IMG/VR virus record: IMGVR_UViG_3300029258_001887
Reading direction: 5' to 3' (one strand)
DNA: 64,000 nt
Origin: a virus
Under the pieces are notes generated by a model. That model had not been told where the DNA came from and made no database searches. It was given only the letters and a program-made list of their open reading frames with translations. Position numbers and translations under genes: made by a program. Below are positions 32,762 through 43,099 of the stretch, one piece after another; within the stretch, counting starts at the first letter, position 1, and every line of letters begins with the position of its first letter.

Positions 32762-35163
32762 TGGCTACTGTAATATATGATGATACATGGGGTGCTCGAA
32801 CAACCAAGGTGTTCGGCTGTTCTTTCAAGAGCATTACTGCGCAGATGGGTTTCAATAGCCAACCCATTGTGTTTACCGTTACAGTTGTCGAGGAAGAGGA
32901 TCAGGATTTTACTCTGGACCAGTATGATGTGCGATCTGCTCAGTATGTTGCTTTTGGTGAATTGAGTATTATTGGTATTGTTCAATCTTGGGAAAAAACA
33001 ACTACTGATCCGGCTGGCACAGGTATTTATGTGGTTCGCTTGACAGATTGTCGGACTGTCTTAGATGCCGCCCATATTTCTAATGTGTATGTTGATGATG
33101 GCGACCCAGAGGTATCACTTATTGGTGGTAATAATATTTTTGTTCCCACCAAGACTGATGAATCCACATCTACTAGTAATCGAGAACAAGATAGTGGAAG
33201 ACCGTTCGCCGATATTATAGATCGTGTTGAGGCAGCTACATTAGAGTATGGTAACAATACTTTTGAAGTAGACATGACAGCACTCAAGGATTTGACCAAT
33301 CTGCGCGGCGAGGGTGTTGAGGAATACTACATCGAAGGTGAAGTCCGTTCGTTGGTTTCCGTGATCACCGAGTTCTGCAATGCTGTAGGTGCAGAATGGT
33401 GGGTTGAATCTCGTCGCAAGAGTGTTGTTGATGACACCATTGTTATTGAAATCCAGGTAATTCGTAGACTAGATGGTATTGGTAATCCGCTCGCGCTTGA
33501 TATGGATGAGCTTGCAGCGCTACACGAAGGCCATATCATTCGTCGTAAAGATGGATATGAAAATACTGATACCACCACTCATCAGGTTGTTTGGGGTGGT
33601 GTGAAGAGAAAGCTGCACCAAGTCCACGGTGTCGATATCAAACAGTTTTGGGGATTTAATTCTGTCGGACAACCACTATCTTCTCCTGCTTATACTATTC
33701 CCGGAGAGCCTTCTTCCCGACGATTTGACACGACAACAGAACAAATGACGGATGCTCTTAATGGTGATCTCAATGATTCTATGGATGCTGACCAGTTGGC
33801 GGCACTCAAAAGATATATCAATGATTATTGGGGTAAACGCTTCTATGTCCCGCTGAGCAAGAGCGTGATGTCTGATGCTGGTCAAGACCTTGCCAATTAT
33901 CCAGAAATTATTCCAGCAGGATGGTGGGAAGGTAGTCTGCATCCTATTGGTACACAACTTTTTGAGCCTGACGTAATGTTGAAAATGACAACCGAAGATG
34001 GTCGATGGGGGCCATTTGTTCACTTATCAAATTTGGTGCTATATGGGTCTGGCACGGTTGAATCTCCACGACAGGCTAAGTATGTGACTTGGGGTGGTGT
34101 TGTTCGTAACTCAAGTAATTTGATATCCCACAACGATGAAGCATATATGAAATGTACTCTGGAGCAATATGGCCGATACGTAATTATTGTTCTACCGGTA
34201 GCCCTAACCAGAAGTTATATTGATCCCGATACAGGAGACGTAAATTCTGCGATTGATGTCAGACACGAAAGTTTGTTTAATGCATGGCTCCCACTGATGG
34301 ATCGTGGTGTTCATTATGGCCCATGGAGTAATACTTCGTTAACCAGAAGTAGAGTGCCTTCTCCTGGTCGTGCTGAAGTTTCGGTTGACAAGGATTTGGT
34401 CCCATGGACCTTCGGTGTCCGTGGTATGTTGCATACTACGGCTATGAATCAGTTGACTGATATGGCGGCTCAGAAAATTGATACAATGCCAGGGCTATCA
34501 GTTATCAATACTGGGCAACTTGAGGTAGCAGGTGTCCCACAAGTTAATATAGGGCAAGCGATAGGTCTTGGTGGTAGTATCACCGAAATCTTTATCCGCT
34601 TTGATGCCAACGGTGTCACCACCAGGTATGTGATGAATCTGTATACCAGAGAACTTGGTGAATTCAAACGGAAACGCCAGGAAGAACGGGAAAAGGATCA
34701 GGAGCAGGACGAGAAAGAACCAGAGGATGACTATCCAGAAGATAAGGACGATATGGAGCAACCACCAGAGCCAGAATCGGCTCCAGAGACCGAAGAGGTT
34801 GAACAGCTTGAAGGCCCAGATGATGGTACAAGGAGATATGTTTATCAAAAACCCGAAGGTGGGTTGGGAATTATTTCAGTTAAAGAGGGTGGTCCTTTTT
34901 ATTCTGTTAGACGTTTAAATTATCAAGATATTGATCCAGATAGTTTTGCTGGTGGTATTGATATAACTGGATCATATTTTTTAGCAGAATGGAATAGCGT
35001 AAGGAATTTAGCAGAACCAGATACTAGTCCAGGATTATTACCTGTTGGTACAAAGGTAACTGTTAGCATTTTTGCAGAAAGCGAAACTGGACCATTTATT
35101 CCGTACATAGAACAAACTCCACAAGTTTTTTCTCCTCCACCTACTGAAAATGGAGAGGATTAA
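32761..35163 (+). CDS. Putative baseplate hub/tail protein
   Basis: 800 aa, coupled start; ITEIFIRFDANGVTT hub-like C-terminal segment. Confidence 0.6.
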   Translation: MATVIYDDTWGARTTKVFGCSFKSITAQMGFNSQPIVFTVTVVEEEDQDFTLDQYDVRSAQYVAFGELSIIGIVQSWEKTTTDPAGTGIYVVRLTDCRTVLDAAHISNVYVDDGDPEVSLIGGNNIFVPTKTDESTSTSNREQDSGRPFADIIDRVEAATLEYGNNTFEVDMTALKDLTNLRGEGVEEYYIEGEVRSLVSVITEFCNAVGAEWWVESRRKSVVDDTIVIEIQVIRRLDGIGNPLALDMDELAALHEGHIIRRKDGYENTDTTTHQVVWGGVKRKLHQVHGVDIKQFWGFNSVGQPLSSPAYTIPGEPSSRRFDTTTEQMTDALNGDLNDSMDADQLAALKRYINDYWGKRFYVPLSKSVMSDAGQDLANYPEIIPAGWWEGSLHPIGTQLFEPDVMLKMTTEDGRWGPFVHLSNLVLYGSGTVESPRQAKYVTWGGVVRNSSNLISHNDEAYMKCTLEQYGRYVIIVLPVALTRSYIDPDTGDVNSAIDVRHESLFNAWLPLMDRGVHYGPWSNTSLTRSRVPSPGRAEVSVDKDLVPWTFGVRGMLHTTAMNQLTDMAAQKIDTMPGLSVINTGQLEVAGVPQVNIGQAIGLGGSITEIFIRFDANGVTTRYVMNLYTRELGEFKRKRQEEREKDQEQDEKEPEDDYPEDKDDMEQPPEPESAPETEEVEQLEGPDDGTRRYVYQKPEGGLGIISVKEGGPFYSVRRLNYQDIDPDSFAGGIDITGSYFLAEWNSVRNLAEPDTSPGLLPVGTKVTVSIFAESETGPFIPYIEQTPQVFSPPPTENGED

Positions 35164-36955
35164 AATGTCTATAGGCGATATTCGTCAAAATAAATTAATG
35201 AGTTTAGCTGCACATGGTTACAATCCTTTTCAGCCCGATTTGGGGATTATGTGTGGTGGATATCCAGGGCCGCTATATCCTAATCCAACTACATTAATAT
35301 ATCCTGGTTTTGATCCATATTTGTATATTAATCCGACACCCACAATTTATACTCCAGATATCGATTATACTGGATTGGGTGTAGGTAATCCAGGCATAGA
35401 TTATAAAAATCCTGGACATATATTGGGTTTGTTGGATACGTTTAGTAGAATGTCCTATGGCATAGCTATGTGGAATAATATTTATGCTGGTAATGATATA
35501 GATGGTGGATTTAGTCCTGTAGTGAATATTGAGATACCATTTATCGACATGGAAAATGAAGATGGAACTTATTTAAAAACTTCTGATATATATCCCAGCT
35601 TGTCGGAGATACCAACAGATTGGGTCAATAGTTTTGAAATATTATCTAATGGTAGAGTTGTACCTGATCCAAGACCTTTGTCTGCTTTTGTTACTTATCC
35701 AGCTAATTTACCATCTTTTACAACAATTGATGAAGATCAGTTTTATCGTTTGTTTAACAATAAAACTGTTTTGTCATACATAGGTATGCCACAATACTTG
35801 AGAGAAGTAATTGCTAATATGTATGAATATGCCAGGACAATGGATGAGCAAGTAGAATTACCTTTCACTATACCTGATGAGGAAGCAGCCGATTTTAATT
35901 TTTATAGTGATCAAGCAAGTTGGCATACTGATCTTCCAGAAAATTATAAAGGTGAAAGAAATTCTAAGGGAAAAATGTTTATTCAATGTAAATCTTTAGA
36001 TCCCACAAATGCATTAAAAGTATTAACTGGATCAGATGAGTACCACGATGGTGATGGCGAATTAAATGATTATAGATCATTAACAGAATTAAACTCAGTA
36101 GTAAATTTATTACCAGCACAAATGGTCGGTGCTCAATTCTGGACAGATACCAAGGGATATATGGAATCATTTTCTCCAATTGGTGGATGGTCATATTATG
36201 TTGGTCCTGAAACAGGTCGCACCTTTACTTATACTTCATATATGATTGTAGATTTTGTTATTAATGTGTCAGATTTACCCATAAATTTTGATGATCCAGA
36301 ATCAGGAGAAGTAACAATCAACGGAGAAGCTATTATCCGTAGTCCTATAAGTGATCCAACTAGTTATTATTATACAGAAAGTTCAACATGGTTTTTTTCC
36401 CCAGCCCATGTTCCACCACACGATCCAATAGAATATAACAATTATGAGTATGGATGTGGTCAATCTCTTAAAAAAACTGCTAGAATTAATATGTCTATGA
36501 AAAATAAATTTGGATGGGACAGTAGATGGTTAGGAAATGAATTATCAGAAGATCAACATAGTGAATTTGACGAATTTGAAGATGTAGCTACTGAAGGTGG
36601 CATTGTTCCTGGTGTTGGTTTCATAACATGTGATCAAAGCGATTTGATTGTTCCGTTTGATTATACTTTTGTATTAGCTGCCGGTTGTACAGCTATACGT
36701 CTGAGAGCTTATCTTCAAAATCGTCACTCGATAGATATGATACCAGCACCATTGTTTAATCCATTCAGTCCTGGACCTTATTCTCCAGGTCCGGGTATAA
36801 CATACATAATAACTAATAGTGGGCCAATTGGTGACCCTGATTCTGTTCCTAATAACCTGGTATCATCAAATATAGAATTTTCTTTTTCGGTTGTGGGGAC
36901 TAATATGAATAATTTATCATATGAATTTTCTATTGGTGGTAGTGATATTGAATAA
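35150..36955 (+). CDS. Hypothetical virion protein (AT-rich)
   Basis: 601 aa ORF in tail module. Confidence 0.65.
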   Translation: MERIKMSIGDIRQNKLMSLAAHGYNPFQPDLGIMCGGYPGPLYPNPTTLIYPGFDPYLYINPTPTIYTPDIDYTGLGVGNPGIDYKNPGHILGLLDTFSRMSYGIAMWNNIYAGNDIDGGFSPVVNIEIPFIDMENEDGTYLKTSDIYPSLSEIPTDWVNSFEILSNGRVVPDPRPLSAFVTYPANLPSFTTIDEDQFYRLFNNKTVLSYIGMPQYLREVIANMYEYARTMDEQVELPFTIPDEEAADFNFYSDQASWHTDLPENYKGERNSKGKMFIQCKSLDPTNALKVLTGSDEYHDGDGELNDYRSLTELNSVVNLLPAQMVGAQFWTDTKGYMESFSPIGGWSYYVGPETGRTFTYTSYMIVDFVINVSDLPINFDDPESGEVTINGEAIIRSPISDPTSYYYTESSTWFFSPAHVPPHDPIEYNNYEYGCGQSLKKTARINMSMKNKFGWDSRWLGNELSEDQHSEFDEFEDVATEGGIVPGVGFITCDQSDLIVPFDYTFVLAAGCTAIRLRAYLQNRHSIDMIPAPLFNPFSPGPYSPGPGITYIITNSGPIGDPDSVPNNLVSSNIEFSFSVVGTNMNNLSYEFSIGGSDIE

Positions 36956-36969
36956 TGGTGGGAGGAAAA

Positions 36970-37605
36970 ATGGCGACTTTGCAGTTGTATGCTGGTGAAA
37001 ACACATTAGTATCTACCGGTTCTGGTTTGGGATTCTTCGGGGACAATGGTTTTGGTTCACCGATAACTATTGGTGACTACAATGGTCGTACTTTTGTGAC
37101 TAATTCTGATGGTACAATAGAAGGTTTTGAGTGTAACAACAATAGGTATAGCGGTGTATCTGGTATTATTCATGGCCAGATTGGTTCTGGGATTCTGCTT
37201 CAAAAATTGCCAAATGAACTAGCAACTGTGAATATTAGATTCACACATGATTCTGCGGTGTATTGTCAGAATGCAAAGTTGTGGGTATTCGATGGCAGTT
37301 TTAATGGTATAACAGCTAGAAAAGAACAACCAGCAGAAAATCTAACATTTTATGCTGCTGAAATACGGCACCGTAGTAGACTCCAATCAGAAACTAGTGT
37401 TTATAGTGATTCAACATGGTCGAATGTGAGTGCTTCTGGTTCAAATTATATCGGATTGGTGAATTCGCCCGGCAGAAATGGTGTGAGACTAGGTGGTTTT
37501 GAGGAATTAAGCACTCAACATGATTGGTATGTCGCTTTGACTTGTACTCCCACCCAACTCGGTGATAAACAATTTGGCATGACTTTCGAGATGGAATATC
37601 TGTAG
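36970..37605 (+). CDS. Virion structural protein, paralog of 41232..41873
   Basis: GSGLGFFG..NIRFT..SPG..HDWYV..P..G.K.FG...EYL. Confidence 0.7.
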   Translation: MATLQLYAGENTLVSTGSGLGFFGDNGFGSPITIGDYNGRTFVTNSDGTIEGFECNNNRYSGVSGIIHGQIGSGILLQKLPNELATVNIRFTHDSAVYCQNAKLWVFDGSFNGITARKEQPAENLTFYAAEIRHRSRLQSETSVYSDSTWSNVSASGSNYIGLVNSPGRNGVRLGGFEELSTQHDWYVALTCTPTQLGDKQFGMTFEMEYL

Positions 37606-37616
37606 GGGTTAGTATT

Positions 37617-40600
37617 ATGCGTATGTATACTATGCATTTTGGTATGGGGATGGAACATACTAAGATGTTTCGTGATCAGGCTCGTGGTAACTTACCTTAC
37701 TCTTTTGTGGGATGGCAAAGTGGTGTAGGTGCTGTGGATGAAGCATATGCAGAAAATTGCCAAATTGTTTCTCACAAAGAGATCTTTGATAGATATGGTG
37801 TTACCGGTGGTCATGGGGCTTATTGTTTAGAAACATGGACGCATTCAAATACGAGCCGTAAAGCAGGCTATTCGTGTATGTTGCATACTGGAGGCAATGG
37901 TGCTGTTAATGCTGAACCTGGGTCAATTCGTGCATTTTATTTAAAATTTGATTTTATGTATACGCATGAATTAGGTGGAGATGTTATTGTTCTTCAACGT
38001 AGTCAAATTTTAGGAACAAAAGAATCTCGTGATCTAACAATAAGTTTGGTTGATGGTTATCTTCAAGTACAAGGTATTAAACATATTACACAGCCCGATA
38101 CTAATCCTCCATCGTATATGAAGACAGCATGGTTGGCAAGAGAAGATGGGCGATTTGGTACTATTCAGCTTGAGCCAAATAAGTGGCACGAAATTCAGGT
38201 ATTCATAAATCCAGCGCAAGGATGGGATACAAGTGAAGTAGGACCAGACCCAATAGGTCTAGGATATTATGTTGTTGATGTGTTTATGCCATTTTTCTCT
38301 GCATATGAAATCAATCCGAATACCCCACCATTATTATACGGTGCTGAGAGTTCTAATCCTGAGTATCCATTACAAATGGATCAATGGCCAGCCAATGGTC
38401 ACCCACAATTTCCGAATACTATGCTGCCTGGTGACGATCAAACAGTTTGGCCACCGGCGAATTACGCCAGTGGACAATATTTCTATCCGGCCAATCTTGG
38501 TTTGGTTTACGTGTGGGTTAATGGCAAGCTGGATATTCAACATACAACCAATATGTTTAACGAACAATCGTCACAAGGATGGTTAGGAGAAAATGTATCA
38601 CAAAAGGTTTACTTAGGTTACACTGTTGCTGGCTCAAACGAAAACAACAATCGGACTGCAAGATTTTTCTTTGATAATATCATTTACAATGATATCCGTG
38701 ATCCGTCTCAATCGTATCCATCCAAAATTTTTGATCCTATGTATTCATCCCACGCCAGTCTTGAATGGAATCCTAAGTATAGCTTGAAATTTACTGCTAT
38801 GGAGATAGACCCAGAATATTGGGACTATGATGCCTATGGTATTCCGAATGGACGTAAACACAACACATGGATGCCAGAATACCCTCGTGGTGCTCTCGTT
38901 CCAAGTGGTGATCCATATTGGGTAGCCGCACCAAATAGATTTGGTGCACCAACCAATGGTATGATACCTCACGGAACGAAACTGACTGTGGTTCATCTTG
39001 ACTGGGATGGTGAATTGCAAGATTATATCGTTCAAGACGGAAACCGAAATTTATATCCAGATTATGAGATAGATTATGGCTATCAACATATACACCCGAA
39101 CGAGAGCAATCCATTCTATGTCAATCAGGATGATCCGCGACTGCGCTCTAACAATTCTGGGAATAAAGCATTATTCTATCTAAAAAGACCACCTGCTGCG
39201 TCTGGCAAACAACCCATGGCGGGTGGTTACGGTCTAGGCGGTGTTAAGAATTATGTTCCAAATATCAATGCAGACATCGGTGAAACATCGTTGCCAGTGA
39301 TTTATCGCATCTGGACATGTGTTCAGGATCATGTGATAGGTGCGTCTGAACCAATTGATCATCAGCATCACATGATACGTGTACCATCTGGTGTTAGCGG
39401 TCATGTTGATTATATCTCAGATCATTGGTGTCCTGGTGATCGTGGAGCGAGAGCATACCATAATGGTACTGCTAGTAATAACAATGGTTATTCTATGGCT
39501 GATTGGCCATACAACCCCGTAACTGGCGAACCATGGACGTGGGATGATCTTGATGCTATTCAAGTAGGTGTATCTCACGAATGGCACAAAGGAAGTAATC
39601 GTGTGCTCACATATACTATGTTTGTTGTAGTAGAACATGCTAGCCCAATTGATCCAGAAGTAAGTATATTGGGGACTAATCTTATTGAGTGGGCCGTTGC
39701 GGATGACATACCATTTTTCATGCAAAAGAAAGCTATGTACCAACCAGGCTGGAGATTCTATGATGTAGGTTCTAATTATCGATACTACAACAGATGGGAT
39801 ATCAGTCCTGCTTTTGCAATTAATAGGTCTAATCGTCAATCTACTGATGGAGAAGCAACTATTACAAATCCACAATATAGCGGTACGATTGATTATGAAT
39901 ACAAGATTCGGTATATCAATGGTGAAGTAATTCAGGGGGCCAATTATCGTAAGTTTGACGAATATTTCCCAAAAGTTTGGGTCTACACAATTGATAATAT
40001 TATTCCAGACAATCCAATGCGTAATCCCTTCAGGGGAGAAGTTATAACAGACGCCAATGGTGATTATTTCACGTTCTTAACATATCCTGTTCTTGAATGG
40101 AATACTAAACGATATCCTACTGATCATGATCTTTCTCCACTTGATAGATATCCTTATGTTCACTATGACTATAATACTCTATATGTGATTCCTCTACATA
40201 CACACAATGTAGCTACATCGATTGATCCAGATGAAGTTCATAGAACCTGGACCGACCCTAATACGCCACCAGCAATTAGTGGTTCGCTTGGTAATACATG
40301 GAAAATCAATAAACAACAGAATGCTTTTAACTTTCAGATTGACCCAGATAGTTACTTTAAAACATTCAGTCCATCATCTGTCATGAATCACATGGTTACA
40401 CATCCAAACGAAAATATTGACACTACATATCCAGTTTCTCGTACTGGCCATGATTATTACTTCCAGGCACCAGATTTAGCATCCGGGTCTGTTATGCAAA
40501 CTATCCTATTGACTGATAAGCTCGGTGTACCAGAAGAAGGTATTGATCATGAATTGTATGATGCCCACATCGGTCTTTATCAAACTACTGTTAATCAAGC

Positions 40601-41129
40601 TATCAATGATACGGGCGAGGGTAGATTTGATTTCTATAGTGGCAACCCTGGTGCCGATACCTTCATTTCAGGATACACTTTTGGGCCAGACGGAACAGCA
40701 GGGTGGCATCTGAATGAAGCCAATATTACTATCCCATCAGGTACCCGTCAAGTAAGATTTATGTTCACCGCTATCAGGAACACGGTTGGGCCGAAGTCTC
40801 CGGGAGGGACTCTGGGTGGAACTTCCAATTTCGCGGCTTTCGACGAGCCATTTTTCATAATTAACATGGGGTCAGGTTACTTTGGAAACAGCTACCATCC
40901 AGCAGACACAAATCAGGATAGTCGGATTGGTTCCAGGGAATTGGCTCAGTATATTGGCATGTGGCAGAGTGGAATTCTCCCGATGGGTGTAGCGAAGGAC
41001 TATCTTACCAGAGCCGAACGTATTTGGCAGAGTGGATATTCTACATTTTTTGGTGATCCTTCTGGTGGAAGATACACTGACCACGGTGGCTCCAAACCAG
41101 AGAGATGGATGGGTTCAGGTTACGTTTAA
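37617..41129 (+). CDS. Large tail/receptor-binding-like protein with C-terminal dockerin-like motif
   Basis: LamG-like strands (W.EIQV, VWVNGKL, FFDNI); C-terminal HPADTNQDSRIG. Confidence 0.65.
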   Translation: MRMYTMHFGMGMEHTKMFRDQARGNLPYSFVGWQSGVGAVDEAYAENCQIVSHKEIFDRYGVTGGHGAYCLETWTHSNTSRKAGYSCMLHTGGNGAVNAEPGSIRAFYLKFDFMYTHELGGDVIVLQRSQILGTKESRDLTISLVDGYLQVQGIKHITQPDTNPPSYMKTAWLAREDGRFGTIQLEPNKWHEIQVFINPAQGWDTSEVGPDPIGLGYYVVDVFMPFFSAYEINPNTPPLLYGAESSNPEYPLQMDQWPANGHPQFPNTMLPGDDQTVWPPANYASGQYFYPANLGLVYVWVNGKLDIQHTTNMFNEQSSQGWLGENVSQKVYLGYTVAGSNENNNRTARFFFDNIIYNDIRDPSQSYPSKIFDPMYSSHASLEWNPKYSLKFTAMEIDPEYWDYDAYGIPNGRKHNTWMPEYPRGALVPSGDPYWVAAPNRFGAPTNGMIPHGTKLTVVHLDWDGELQDYIVQDGNRNLYPDYEIDYGYQHIHPNESNPFYVNQDDPRLRSNNSGNKALFYLKRPPAASGKQPMAGGYGLGGVKNYVPNINADIGETSLPVIYRIWTCVQDHVIGASEPIDHQHHMIRVPSGVSGHVDYISDHWCPGDRGARAYHNGTASNNNGYSMADWPYNPVTGEPWTWDDLDAIQVGVSHEWHKGSNRVLTYTMFVVVEHASPIDPEVSILGTNLIEWAVADDIPFFMQKKAMYQPGWRFYDVGSNYRYYNRWDISPAFAINRSNRQSTDGEATITNPQYSGTIDYEYKIRYINGEVIQGANYRKFDEYFPKVWVYTIDNIIPDNPMRNPFRGEVITDANGDYFTFLTYPVLEWNTKRYPTDHDLSPLDRYPYVHYDYNTLYVIPLHTHNVATSIDPDEVHRTWTDPNTPPAISGSLGNTWKINKQQNAFNFQIDPDSYFKTFSPSSVMNHMVTHPNENIDTTYPVSRTGHDYYFQAPDLASGSVMQTILLTDKLGVPEEGIDHELYDAHIGLYQTTVNQAINDTGEGRFDFYSGNPGADTFISGYTFGPDGTAGWHLNEANITIPSGTRQVRFMFTAIRNTVGPKSPGGTLGGTSNFAAFDEPFFIINMGSGYFGNSYHPADTNQDSRIGSRELAQYIGMWQSGILPMGVAKDYLTRAERIWQSGYSTFFGDPSGGRYTDHGGSKPERWMGSGYV

Positions 41130-41231
41130 GAAATAAAGTGGGATTCAAGGTCCATTTCTTGGGCTGTTGGTGTATAATAGAGTGGATGAAGTGTAGGCTT
41201 TTGAAAAACGAAATGGGAGGGGGTGAAAGAC

Positions 41232-41873
41232 ATGGCAGCAGCGATTAACTTCTATGCAGGGCAAGGTGGTGGAACCTGGGTCGATCTGAATTCGTCTGGT
41301 CTAGGCTTTTTCGGTGCATCGTTTGGAACTTCGGTTCAAGTCGGGGAGTATCAGGATAGCACCTACATCAGCGCGAGTGACGGTAGTGCCCCAGCGGGTC
41401 CAGAAGCCACGAACTGCAAGTATGACACTGTGACTTCCGGTGTGATCATCGATGGTGCGGAAGCAGTCGTTCCGTCAGCGGTGGCGATCAACTCTGGTAC
41501 GCTGAACATCCGTTTCACGTTTGATACGGCTGTGAAGACCCAGAATTGTCAGCTTCGCATTTTTGACCGCTCTAATATCAACAATGGCGCTGAAGGTGTA
41601 ACGACTCAGGTGCTTCAGGTGTGTAACGGTGGTTCTGGTGTTAGTTCCAGTGGTACAGCGCTTGCTCCGGGTAGCCATCCTGGATGGATTGCACCATCTG
41701 GTTCTGGCGTCACGGTGCCTTTGCTGAGCAGTCCAGGTGAGAGTGGCTTGAGTCCGTCTGGTACGGATACTCAGGACGATCGTCACGACTGGTACGTTTG
41801 CATTTCGGCTACGCCGTTGAGTATCGGTTCGAAGGAGAACTTCGGACTGTACGTCCAGCTTGAGTATCTGTAA
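41232..41873 (+). CDS. Virion structural protein, paralog of 36970..37605
   Basis: GTGTATAAT at 41170; same motifs as paralog; own terminator. Confidence 0.7.
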   Translation: MAAAINFYAGQGGGTWVDLNSSGLGFFGASFGTSVQVGEYQDSTYISASDGSAPAGPEATNCKYDTVTSGVIIDGAEAVVPSAVAINSGTLNIRFTFDTAVKTQNCQLRIFDRSNINNGAEGVTTQVLQVCNGGSGVSSSGTALAPGSHPGWIAPSGSGVTVPLLSSPGESGLSPSGTDTQDDRHDWYVCISATPLSIGSKENFGLYVQLEYL

Positions 41874-41894
41874 TCCACAGTCAGCAACGAATCA

Positions 41895-41942
41895 GGGGGG
41901 GGCGTTCCGTGACCCGACGCGGATAGCCCCCTTTTCTCTTTC
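41895..41942 (+). terminator. Intrinsic terminator
   Basis: GGGGG..TCCGTG/CGCGGA..CCCCC stem + T-rich tail. Confidence 0.65.
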
Positions 41943-41953
41943 TTGGGTGACCT

Positions 41954-42271
41954 ATGTGGCAAAAAACAACAGGACTTGACGGAGAGATTTACGATTCAAA
42001 ATCTGAAGCCGACGTGGCAGATTGGCTTCTTGTCAACGATATCGAATATGTGCCGCACAAACGACTACCAAAACCGAGCCGTAGTATCTGTGACTTTTAT
42101 CTACCTGAATACGATTTGTGGGTCGAATATGATGGGTTGATGGAGGTTCGTGCGGACAACAAGTTGGAACGAAAAAAGGCATTCTATGAGAAACACGGGT
42201 TGAAATTCTTGGTCATTACCAGAGATCATTGGCAAAGAGACTTACTGGAGCGGATAGAACTAGGAGGATAG
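41954..42271 (+). CDS. PD-(D/E)XK-type endonuclease
   Basis: YDSKSE..VADWL..CDFYL...WVEYDG. Confidence 0.75.
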   Translation: MWQKTTGLDGEIYDSKSEADVADWLLVNDIEYVPHKRLPKPSRSICDFYLPEYDLWVEYDGLMEVRADNKLERKKAFYEKHGLKFLVITRDHWQRDLLERIELGG

Positions 42272-42272
42272 A

Positions 42273-42629
42273 ATGACGAAGAAACAAAATACCTTATATG
42301 GTGTTGTTGGTCTATTCATAGGTATCTTCGGAGGTATTGTCGGCACAGCATTCTCTATGGGGGCTGAAAAACAACGAGTTCAGGATGCAATTACGGCCAC
42401 AAACGTTCGTATCACCAACATGGAGGAAAAACAAGATGCCCATGAAACGGATGTCGAAAACGAAATGGACCGCTATGCTGAAATCATAGCGGCCCACATG
42501 ACTCAATTACAAGAGAATATCGCCCGCCTCAATAATACTGTTGGCGATTTGCGCACTGATGTCCATGTGCTAAAAGCACTGATGGAACGAATGGAGATTG
42601 ATCTGAAAGCAAGGAGCGCTCCAGACTAA
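42273..42629 (+). CDS. Membrane-anchored coiled-coil protein (possible lysis accessory)
   Basis: N-terminal TM helix + heptad region; AGGAGG RBS. Confidence 0.6.
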   Translation: MTKKQNTLYGVVGLFIGIFGGIVGTAFSMGAEKQRVQDAITATNVRITNMEEKQDAHETDVENEMDRYAEIIAAHMTQLQENIARLNNTVGDLRTDVHVLKALMERMEIDLKARSAPD

Positions 42630-43099
42630 CACCACCGGTACATCACTTCAATGGCACGACGCAACAGGGTGCTGAGGACACACGCCTCGCCCTTGCTGAT
42701 AGCGTGCTGTACCACAGTCTTCTCTTCCCCTCGCTTAACGCTCAGGTAGATACGGAACCTTCCGTGCTCGTCCTTCCCGAAGTACAACACAGCATTCCCG
42801 CTCTGGTTGGAGTGGAACAACCCCTTATGCTTGCCCTTCGATGCATCAAACGGGCCAATACCATCTTGGAGTCCCACCAGGACTGCCAAAAGCTCGCCGA
42901 TATCAGCATCGCCCAGCTTGAAGCGAATCTTGTTGTCCCAGTCGAAACGGGCGTTATTGTCGTCGTCCTTGCCCTTCTGGTTCGCCATCTCCAGGAAGAC
43001 GCAATCCTTTTTTGACCCCAGGTTCCACTGGGACGCAGCGCCGTTTCCGTCACCCTTCGCCTTGTAGAGCACAAAGCCCTTGCTGAATTCCTCAGCCAT
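42626..43099 (-). CDS. Whirly-like ssDNA-binding protein
   Basis: FVLYK...VFLEMA...FDWDNKIRFKLGDADIGELL resembles Whirly YDW..K..F.LS..EIG. Confidence 0.6.
   Translation of the reverse strand: MAEEFSKGFVLYKAKGDGNGAASQWNLGSKKDCVFLEMANQKGKDDDNNARFDWDNKIRFKLGDADIGELLAVLVGLQDGIGPFDASKGKHKGLFHSNQSGNAVLYFGKDEHGRFRIYLSVKRGEEKTVVQHAISKGEACVLSTLLRRAIEVMYRWC

Noticed and set aside
25239-41129. Diversity-generating retroelement target/template repeats
   Set aside because: No reverse transcriptase in the window and no near-identical nucleotide repeat with adenine-specific differences noticed by eye; a self-alignment would be decisive.
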